Origin: Amoebophrya sp. A120
Taxonomy: Eukaryota > Protista > Dinoflagellata
Direction: 5' to 3'
DNA: 64,000 nucleotides
Assembly (NCBI GenBank): GCA_905178155.1
Contig: CAJINV010000003.1
Location: 7,859,882 to 7,923,881 of the forward strand
The position numbers were made by a program, and so were the translations under genes. Below are positions 48,285 to 58,337 of this stretch, piece by piece. The notes below the pieces were generated by a model. It was not told the DNA's origin. It searched no databases and saw only the letters and a list, made by a program, of their open reading frames with translations. Within the stretch, counting starts at the first letter, position 1, and each line of letters opens with the position of its first letter.

Positions 48285-51065
48285 CTATTTGTCTTTTTTC
48301 GCAGTAAGTTCCACGGCGGCAGCATCAGCGTCGATCGCCTTGAGACGTTCCAGCAGAGTAAAGAAATCCCGGAAAAAAACTCCAGCACAATCACGGTCAT
48401 TTGATGCAAGCATGATGAAACAATCGTAGTTTTGTCAGATCTGGATCTGTTGAAATAATCGAAAATTTTTCAGAACGTCCAACTCAGTTCCAGTCACGAG
48501 CAGTACAAGAGGAGTGTACTCCATTATTCTGCTAAAGCCAGGAGGACCGGGTCGAGATATGCAAAGCTAGCATGCTTTTGATGTCAACACTCCATCAGTC
48601 TTTTACTCTCTCTGGTTTTATCCTGAATATAGATGCAAAACAAGCTCGTAGACACTGTGAGGCCTTAGAAGTTTTTTTCTCTTCCGTAAGGATGGGAAAG
48701 GTTGTACCACGCCCAGAGCGGATCCTCGTTGAACCCGCTCTTGTTGTCATCCGCGAGCTTGATCAAGCCCTGCTTGAGCCCGGGGCCGCGGTTCAGCTCC
48801 ACGTTGGCGAAACGGTCCGCCTGAAACTCGAAGACCCGGGTGAGGCAGGTCATCGCGCGGTCCAGGACCGTGTCCAGCGGCTCCAGGAGCATGCTGATCA
48901 GCATCACCCCCATCATCTTGCTGTGCAACGCGTGCTGCATGCCAAAGGAGGCAAAAATCGCCGCGCTCTCGGGCGAGTAGAGCACCATGCCGATGATGTA
49001 AAACACGCAGAACAGCTGCACGCTGCCGATCACCAGGTTCCAGAGCGTGTGGCCCTTCTTCCAGTGCCCCAGCTCGTGCCCCAGAATCGCGAGGATCGCG
49101 TCATGCGGCAAGTGCAGCAGCGTGTCGTACAAAACGATGCGCCGATACTTCCAAATGCCGAAGAAAAACGCGTTGCTGTGCGCGGACCGCGTGCTGCCGT
49201 CCATTTGAAAAATCTTGTAGAGCGGAAAAGACAGCGAACCGGCAAGATCCTCGATCTTGGTTTTTAGCTCCGCGTCTTTGATGGGCTCATACGTGTTGAA
49301 CCGTGATGCAAGGAAATAAATTGGTGATCCTCATTAATATAGTGCGGGCCCCAAGTAGTTGTAAACTTCGTACTACAGAGTTTTTCATTGTCATGTCTTT
49401 CTGTCATTTCTCTTCGCATATAATGCTGCTACTTGTCTACATTTATCTGTCTTCCACCTGCTCGCACGACATGGGCCAGAACCAGGATTACCATTTCTTT
49501 TCCTTTCGTAAAAGTGGCATGATGTAATTTGGCACCAACCACATCATAAAAACACCAAAAACCTGATGTGCGTATATTCATTTGATGGTGGGACTTCTTT
49601 TTAAAGTTAGTAGGGCGTGCTAGCTTTCTTCACACAGCTTAATATAATCCCATGGAGCTGCAACCAAACAAATCAATCTAGATGTGATGCTGCTAAGTAA
49701 TCATTCATCCCGTTCCCGCCCGTCGTTGTGAGGAAGAGGAACTATAAAGAATTTTGAGAAAAGACATTAATTGACAGCAAGTACACACCTGCAGGAAGGC
49801 CCAGAGGTAGATGTAGAAAAGCTCGCCCGCGTAGTGGACCAAGTGGATCAGCACTGGTATGAGTAAAAGGGTAAAAACCGTGGACAGCAGCTCGGACTTA
49901 AGCAGGTCGGAAACAAAGAGCTATCACATTGAAAAATGCCCTCACCCAAAAAAGTGGGCGCTTTTGTGTAGCGAAAGTTCCCCATGTAAACACGACCTGC
50001 CATCTTGCATGTATATAAGTAAGTCTGTGCTGCTGCACGAGAGAGCCGCCACAGTATAAGCAATGTCTGTTTCGATTATGTTGAAGTTGCGTATGCATAT
50101 CTGAGTCATCTGACTTTGATTCGGAAATTGCCTCGCGCTCACATTTGCAACATTTCCTTCATGCAATACAAAAAGTTTCCGTGTGGACGAAAGAAGTTTG
50201 GAATGCAAACTGTTTAGTCGGACTGCACTTTTCAATATGATAAGAGCCGCATGGTCTTCTTGTTGAACCCATGCTTTTCTTCGAGCACGAAATCGCTGTA
50301 CAGGCTGGTGACCAGTCCCAGGGGTAGGTCGATGTAGTGCGTAAGAAAGTGAAAGACCAAAAACTCGGGCACCTCCCGGGACGCGCCAGTGGAAGTGCTG
50401 TCCGTGAAGTTACTATCAAACGCAAGTATGGCCTCGTGTCTGGAAGAACGCAGATGTTCGTCATGCTCATACACACTTTGCATACTAGCCCATCATGATC
50501 ACTTCTGTGCTGCATGCTCTACGACCATCACAGATTTTTTGAGGGCCTCTTGATGCCTATCCCGCATGAGAAATGCCCTGCTCTCCGCTTAGCAACCCTT
50601 GGAGAAGCCTCTTGCTGATCTTGCAATTTTTACACAGGATTTTTATAAAATAATCCAGAGGCAGTGCCAGAAGTTGCACTTTATTACCCGACCCAGACAT
50701 ACTTGCAATGCATACTTCCACTGCTCCGCCAGCTCCATGCTGGTGCGCCACACCCACGGCTTCACGCGCAGCAGCATCACGAGCCCGATCAAAAAGTTTA
50801 TCCAGCTGCACACCATACCGAACACGCGCTTGTCGTAGTTGTACTGCCGCGCCTTCTCGAACTTCTCGTACGCCTTCTCCTTGTCCTTCTCGTCCAAGAT
50901 CCCGTACGAGAAAACCTCCGGTGGGATGGTCTTCTTGCGGTCCTGTCGGAGTTGCCGCCATTCTAGATATTCCTCAATCACATGCAGGCCAGCGGAGAAC
51001 ACCAGGTACAGACGCAGGTAGTCGAAGAGTTCGGAGGGCATGGTGGAAGGAGCTGCGCCCATCAT
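48285..51065 (-). CDS. STE24: CAAX prenyl protease 1 (peptidase M48), 6 exons
   Basis: EEKHGFNKKT, PLFN, DGSTRSAHSNAFFFG, RIVLYDTL, LGHELGHW, EFQAD, SHPTLLERL. One GT-AG and four TIR-type introns. Confidence 0.93.
48365..48688. mobile_element. Degenerate TIR intron element in STE24 (SHP|TLLERL)
   Basis: Both ends carry gaaaaaaact in inverted orientation. Intron 48360..48688 reads TA...TT with no AG. Confidence 0.7.
49305..49510. mobile_element. TIR intron element in STE24 (PLF|N)
   Basis: gatgcaaggaaataaattggtgatcc vs revcomp tacgaaaggaaaagaaatggtaatcc. Flanks ACTTT/ACGGT. Confidence 0.85.
49922..50242. mobile_element. TIR intron element in STE24
   Basis: tatcacattgaaaaatgc / revcomp tatcatattgaaaagtgc, perfect TSD agagc. 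Removal restores MRLFVSDLLK. Confidence 0.92.
50414..50714. mobile_element. TIR intron element in STE24
   Basis: tatcaaacgcaagtatg / revcomp tatgcattgcaagtatg. Flanks GGAAG/GTAAC. Confidence 0.78.
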
Positions 51066-52614
51066 ATGTAAGAGGGGAAGCGGCTTGATTTCCAACAAAG
51101 TCAAAGAGAGGGATAGAGCATGAATTAAGCTCGTCGTACTTACACCAAGGAAAATGAGATACTTTTTCTGGCCCAACAAGACACAACAAGGGAAAAGCTT
51201 TATTTTCAGATGAATCACAATATCTTTCTGACAATGAGAAGGTAGCTAGTGGACTGAGAAAAAATGGGAAATGGAGAAATAGACTTGTTCAACAACTAGT
51301 TCCAGAGCGGTGCCCAGGTGGCTCCACAAGTACGTTGCTGGGAGTGATACTTCACTGTAGAAAAATTCACTAACTTGGACCCTGATAGCATATTCACATG
51401 ATATTTAGGATTAGCCGACAGGTACTGAAAATAGAATGGAACAATCTGAATCTCGATCGCTTCCGATGAAAATGACAGTGCAGCGAGCAGACCACACCTT
51501 AAGTAGATCTTTCCCGAAAAATAAGCAAGCTTACACTCACCACAAAATGAACGGATCGATTTTTTCCACCGGATCTTTTTAAATAGGCGTGGTCGTGGAA
51601 CTCAGAGTGACAAACTGCATCACGTAATTGAGGTTAGGCGGGAATTACAGTACCATTCGCAGATGATACCGGGAGAAACAAACAGGCCATCATCTGCCAC
51701 GTCTGCGCTGAATATCAAGTATTGAACAGACACAGCGGCTCTCCGTCTCCGCAAAACATATTGATATGTAAATTGGCCCCAGTCATGTTGATGTGGTGTC
51801 GCAATTCCCTCTTGCTGTAGAGGTAGGCATAGGCAATTGTGTCGCTTCTTGGAAGACAGGGACACACGCACAGACGTCCAACAATCCTGCACCGTACATT
51901 TCCACTCGGCAGATCGGGTCCCTCGTCCGAATTTTCCGTACCCAATTTTCCAAAACGGGAACTCCTCGTCCTCCGTCTTGAATGACTGCAGCACGGCCAC
52001 GCAAAGTCCTTCCACTACATCACGCACTGACTCGAACGATAATTGTACTTACGTTCTCGCACCGCATAAGTAGGGGCGCTAGAATCGTCGGTCGTGACCG
52101 TGAGTAAATAAACCTCAAATCAACATTATTATCATGTTCATCGGGACCTTTTTTCTCTTCAGTCCGACGGATCGGGACGCTGTCTCTAAGCAGCGGACGT
52201 TGGTTGTGGTTCCCCTGATTTCTTGTGATTGCGCCTCACGGGTTCTGCTGAAAGATGGCCACTTTGATTCAGTCGCTTTCCTTGACCTCCCTTCTCCGCC
52301 CGACGGTCGCTCTTTGCGCGCTTGCGCGAACGAGCCCGAGCGCACGATGCAGGCCGACTGCCGGGCTCTTGCGGTGTTATTGACGTAGCCTTTTTTTATT
52401 GGGGGCGTCGAGCTCCGATATGGCTAGTTTTCATTCTCAGGGACCACATCCAGCAAACATCTTCAGCCATCGAAAGATACGCATCAGCTTGCAATGGTGC
52501 ACGTGCCGACCAGATAGTTGTACGTAGTCCTCAGGTGCTGCACCACCCTGATGTCTTTATTCCTCCGCCACGTGCTGGCCTAGAAGCTACTGCCGTCGAA
52601 CTCGCTTGTTCCTT

Positions 52615-55600
52615 CTACCGCTTTTTGCCGTGCCGAAAAACGACGTTGCCCTGCGGTTGCCGCTGCTCTTCCGGTAGCACGTTTTGGCTCAGGTAATTTC
52701 CCGCATCTTTTTTGTTTTGTTTGGGCTGCGAGTGCATGGAAAAAACGTCATCCTGGTGAGAATTCATCGCCGCCTGCAGCGTCCGGCGCTTCAGCAGGTC
52801 CTCCTCCTCTTTTTTTCTGGTCGCAATCTGCGTGTGCTATCCTGAGTAAAAACGTCCCCTCCCCATCCTCGAGTTGGGAACTCTGCAAGAAAAAACAAAC
52901 AAATGATCTTTGCCGTGGCACAGGACAAGAACAGTCGGCCCGTAGTATGATCCTCTTGAGGTAGTGCAGCCGCATGAGAAATCGAGAAGCTTATCCTGAT
53001 TGTAGCATGACAAGCTCCCAAATCATAGCACGTAGAAAATGCCTCGCATGTCGTGGCTGCGCATGAAACAAGTAAAACGTGTCACGCATGCAGTTATGCA
53101 TGATAACTCTGGGATGGGAGCATGTAGTTCGCTCAGGATATTTGCTGTGAAATGTTGAGCAGGCAGGCTTGCGAAAGCATGTTGTCCTCCGGCACGTGTA
53201 TCACCTTGGGCTCGCGCTTTGGACCACCCGGCTGGTTTGCGCTGCGGGACAGCACTTTGAAATCCAGAAACCCCGGACGCGACTGCTGGGTGCCGCCCGA
53301 CGCCGGCGCGGCCCCCGGCGTCACCTTCGAAAAACTGCCACTCGTACTAGACGCCGCGGACGAGGAAACCTCGGCCCCCGCGGTGCGCAAACTATTCATC
53401 GTGTTTCGGCCTCCAACATTTTGGGCGTGTCGGTGCCGCTTCACGTCCTCGATTCCTGCGTTTGTCATCGCCAAAATTTCTTGGTCCATTGCGACCTGCA
53501 TCAGGTCAGCCTCGGACATCTGCGGCTCTGCGGGCGCCGGCGGATATCAAAAGGAAAAATCCCTCCTCCCCATATCAAAACGCAGTTTCTGACGCTGGAC
53601 TTGCGTACACAAATCAGATTTGTCTTGCTGTAGAGGACTGCAGGCCTATGCTGAGCCTGAGTAGCGAGGTTTTGGGCTAGGTGCCGAGTATGGCAAAGGT
53701 CTACTCTGTAGGGGCGACAGCATGACAAACCGCCCGCAGAATGCAGCGGAGTCTGAGGAGTTGCGTTCTTGCAAGACAGAGACGATTTGTGGCCACAAAT
53801 CAGCATTGCAAATTTTCTGAGACGTACCTTTTCGATATGGGGAGGGGGGATTTTTCCTTTTGATAGCGGAAGCCCGAGGTTTTGGTCCTCGTCCGTGTCG
53901 GTGTACTCGTCCGTGCTATCGTCCTCGTCTTCCTCGCTGGACGACGACTCGCTGTCGCTGGGACTGCCCGAGGACGAGGGCGAACCGCCATCCGCCTTCC
54001 GCGCGTCCTTCGCTTCGGCCGCCTCGATGGCTTTCTCCGACGCCTGCCGCACGGTTAGCAAATCGTGCTTCAGAATCTTCAACACATCGGTATCCGCCTT
54101 CAGCGCGTCTCCGATCGGCTCCTGCACCAGTTCCAGCGAATCCTCCACGGCATTCAAGGCGCGAATCGTAAGCATTTCCGGCCGGACCAGCGCAAACCGC
54201 CGGAAGAACACGCAAAACTTCTGCATCTTGATCTGTTTTGAGAGGGGATTTTTCACAGCAAACATCTTTTGCTATCAGCCCCCGGTGACCACCTCGAGCA
54301 TCATCTTCAGGATCGAACGAACGAGTAAAAGTAAAATAGCAAACCTCCAAAAAACAATTAATGAAATATTTCGCGATGCTGAATCGACACACAATTTACT
54401 TTTGTTTCAGCTTCCGCAGCTGTCACATCACCGGGCGGCCAGTGATGCCAGCGAAGAACGATGAAGATTTCTTGTCTACGATATTGAATACCTTAGCCGC
54501 GCCAGCTTTGAAGAAGTGGCCAATTGAGTCGAGCAGGACGCAAACCTGGCGCAGGCGGAAGGTGTCGGCGAAGTCCGCGCCGACGTGATCTGGGTGGTGG
54601 ATGCCGTGGGGCCACAGCCAGAACTTCGAGAATTCGTGCCAGAGCTCGTAGTCCTTTTCGAAAAAATCCAGGGCCCGCGCCACCGCGTCGATGTTGTCGT
54701 TGTTCGGAAGGTTGGGGAATTCCGTGGCGAGCATCTGCACGTAGGTTGGTTTCGAACGGTTCCGGCGGCTGAACCGCTGGCTCTTCTTGTCCACCTTCCC
54801 GTTCCCGTCCGCAGTAGACGCATTAGTTTCGTCCGCCGGAGAGGGGCGGTTCCGCTTCGGCTCCGTCCGGACGTAGTCTTCCCACACCGCGAGGATGCGT
54901 TGGCCAAACAGGTCGTAGAGCCGAGTGAGGTGGGAAGCCCGGTAGCTGGTGGCGCCGCCCCACCCGATCAGCTGGTAGAGCACGTCGAAGACCACCTGCG
55001 AGTCGACCAGGCGGAAGGCGTAGAACTCCCCCAGCAGCTTCAGCTGCCGTGTGCGGAGCGGCTGGTCGCGGAAGTCCGCCTTCTCCAGGCCCAGCTGGAT
55101 CTCCTCCAGCAGCGTGTCCACGCAGTCCAGCGTGAAGTCCTCCCGGTACTCACTGAGGTCCTTCAAAAAGTGCGCCACGCACCACAGGTGCTCGTAGTCG
55201 GCGTGCAGATTCAGGTCCAGCAGTCCGCGCTTCAGCCAGACCTCCACCTTGGACGCCTCCTCCTTGTACACGCACCCCGTCTTCACGCGCAGCTTGGCGC
55301 CGCTCTTCCGCGTCGCACGAATCGTGGACCACGGCAGCTGCAGCACCAGGTGCACCGCGGAGTGGACGTCGTCTGCGATGTAGATGTAGGTGGAGCACAA
55401 CCACATAATCAAGCGCTCGATCTCGCTCTTTTTCATTTGCCCCTCCTTGTCGGCCAGTTCGCGCTTCTTGTTCTCCGGCGGTTTCAGCTGATAATACCTG
55501 TGGCGGAAGGGAACTAGATAGAAAACCACTCACCCCGACATTTCTCTTTTGCGTCATCATGGGGTGAACATACCAAGTAAAACTACCGTGATGTTGATAC

Positions 55601-58337
55601 TATGTAAACGTCGAAAAAATCGAAATTCTTCTTCACATGGCTCGAATTAATAAACAAATTGAACGTATTGACATAAACGATACGCGTCATCAATGGCCAT
55701 TTCGTCGCGCAGGTCGAGTCCCTTTTTGTGATTTTTCAGGCGCATCATCCGCTCGAGAAGATTCTCGAACCGGAGTTTCGTCTCCTGGGTGTGCAGCAGC
55801 CAGCGGCCGCAGTGCTCGAGCAGGCAGCAGGAAGTGGACACTTCGTGAAAGTCGTCCAGAATCTGCGAAAAGGTGTCCAGAATTATACCCGGCGGACAGA
55901 GCCGGAACTTCACGAGCTCCGCCAAGAACTTGATGTTGCGCTGTTTCCGCTCCATTACGACCGGGTCTGGGCTCTTGTCGGGTAAAACCAGGTCGCGCTC
56001 CTTCAGCAGGTCTTTTGTGACCATGTCCGCCACGTCCCGGAAGTAGGGGTTCACGGTGGCGAGCCACCGGCAGTGGAAAGGAATGTAAGCACTGTGGATC
56101 CGCTTCACCCGGGACAGCACCGTGGCGATGCGCCGCCGGCACGCCTAAAGGTTTTATTTTAGGGTTTTTTAACTGAACAACATTTATTCGCGTCACTTGT
56201 ATATTAAACATTTCATGCATAGTACCCGACTGCACCTCAGAAACTCCGTTGCCGCAAGCAGCTTCGGACGCAGGAGATCTAGACCCAGAACCGCGAAAGA
56301 CCACATCGCGAGTATTTCATGCCGTAAGGCTAAATTTGCGACGAAAAAATGAAATTGCGCACTACAATGAAAAAACACCTTGCTGCTCCAGTCGTGGGCG
56401 AAGGTCATCGCGAGTTCGTTCAGCCGGTCGATCCGGTCGCTACTGGCGAGCTTGTCCAGGAACACCTCAAACTTCCCGGTGTCCATTTCCGTGGTGCGCT
56501 CCAGGTGCTGCGTCCGTTCGTCCTTGGGCGCGAGCCCCAGGTACTTCTCGGGCACCACGTCCTTCAGGTCGAGTAGGTCTTCGTACATTTTTGCTTCGGT
56601 GGAATCCAGATACCGGAGGTCGGGGTTCACGCCGCTCGGGTGGTGGTCCCCCCCGTCGTGGTCTTTTCTGGAGGACGAGGACGCCCCGGCACCCTCCGGT
56701 GCGCCGCCCCCCGCCGCAGCGGTGCCCCCGCCAATGGTGGTGGTCGTCTCCTCCTCGCGTTTCTGGGCGGCCGTCTTGTAGTCCGGCATGTCCAGGTCGA
56801 GGCTCTCCGCGAGCGACTGCAGGTGCTTCTCGAGCGTGGCCTTGTGCTCCTTGAACCGCGTCAGCTTCCCGTCCCACTCCGCGTCCACCACGCCCTTGTC
56901 GATCATCATCGCGTCATTCAACCGCTGCTGCTCGAGCACGTGCTGGTTCGCGTGGGCCAGCCCCCGGCCCCCGGCTTTCTCATATCCTGAGTAAAAACGT
57001 AGCCACACCAGAGTCAGGATGGGGATTTTGCAACACAAACCTAGGAGCTTTTTGAGCCACGCATGACAAGTTTCAGTCCGTAAGGTAGTGCAAGTTAGCA
57101 AGGAAAGCCGCATCACAAATCGACCTTCTGATCCTCTTTACAGCATTACAAGTTCCCAAACACGATTGAAAATGCCTGTCATGGGGTTGCGCATCACAAA
57201 TGTTCCTGTCATGGCAAATCTGCATGACAACTCTGGGGTGGGTACGTTTTTACTCAGGATATCTCAAACACCGACTTGATCGCATACGCCAGCGTCGATT
57301 GCGTCGTGTCGTTCAGCACGCACAAGCGAGTGCGTTTCCACCTGATGTGCAAAAAGCGTCAGTAGAGGTGCAAAAAACTTTTGCAGTCGAGGAGGTCTGG
57401 TTGCAGTAGGTACAACCCGCCGCTGTGCACCAGAAACTACCGTACGCCCCGGGCTGGGTCACTTACTGCGACACTGGAAAACTCTTGATTCTAAACAAGA
57501 TTGTTAGTGTGTTACGTCGAATGACGAAAAGCAAAAGGTAGAAGGTCGTTGAAAAACTAATACAAGAAAAGCTGTGCCGGCAAGCGTTAACACGCGAGTC
57601 TTCTTCAGAACGCCCTTCTTCTATCTAGTATTAGCAAAAATGCGGAAGAACAAGCACAATGCAATAGGCTTCGAAAAACAATACTCGCGGCCGATCCCTT
57701 CTTCCATTTCGCGCTGCGTTTTGGACAAAACACCTGTGCATGCAAGCCCCTGTTTCTGCATCACCGAGGCCAGGATGGCGAACGCGTTGCAGAGCTGTTC
57801 GTCATCTTCGCCCTTGTCGCATGCCGTGCACACGTCCTGCAGGAAGATGGCAAAGATGCGCTCGGGTACGATTTTCAGCAGCGCCAGTTCTCCGGCGAGC
57901 CGGCAGTAGACGCGGCGGCGCGGAAACAGGTCCTTGCTGAAGCTCGCCTGGCCCCAGGCTTTCTGGAGGCTTTTTTCCAGCGACCCCGCGAAATTTTCGG
58001 CCTGGTACCCCGCGTGGAGGTGCGCGAAAAGCTCCACAACGGCGGGCAGATCCTTCAACTTGAAGGCGCCCGTGGTCACGCACTCCACGAAGCACTCCGA
58101 CAGCTCCTCCACGTATTTGCCCAGGTCCAGGCTGTCCAGGTCCTTTTTCAGCGAGGCGAGGTCGTTCGTGGTGAACTTCTTCAATTTGTTCTGGAACTTC
58201 TGGATTTTCGGGATGCTCTTGTCCTTCCCGCGCTTGTTCTTCTCCAGCTGTGACCAGCCGAACCGCGCCTCCTCCTCCTGCTTCTCCGCCCGCCATTTCG
58301 CCTCCCACTCCTTGTTCACCTCCGACTTGCCCGCCAT
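52615..58337 (-). CDS. UPF2: Regulator of nonsense transcripts 2 (MIF4G domains), 8 exons
   Basis: KDLDSLDLGKYVEE, NIKFLAELVKFRLCP, CLLEHCGRWL, LKLLGEFYAFRL, FRLRQVCVLLDSIGHFF, acidic tail. Four GT-AG and three TIR introns. Confidence 0.9.
52838..53140. mobile_element. TIR intron element (TATCCTG family) in UPF2
   Basis: tatcctgagtaaaaacgt / revcomp tatcctgagcgaactac. Flanks GCAAA/GCACA. Confidence 0.87.
53545..53865. mobile_element. TIR intron element (TATCAAAAGGAAAAAT family) in UPF2
   Basis: 32-bp near-perfect TIR, perfect TSD gcgga. Removal restores GLPPAPAEPQM. Confidence 0.95.
56983..57261. mobile_element. TIR intron element (TATCCTG family) in UPF2
   Basis: TIR tatcctgagtaaaaacgta.ccac.ccagagt, perfect TSD tctca. 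Removal restores SVFEKAGGRG. Confidence 0.95.

Noticed and set aside
52671-52698. Dinoflagellate spliced-leader-like string ccggtagcacgttttggctcag-gt on the + strand
   Set aside because: Needs several indels to match the leader and is antisense to the last UPF2 coding exon; probably chance.
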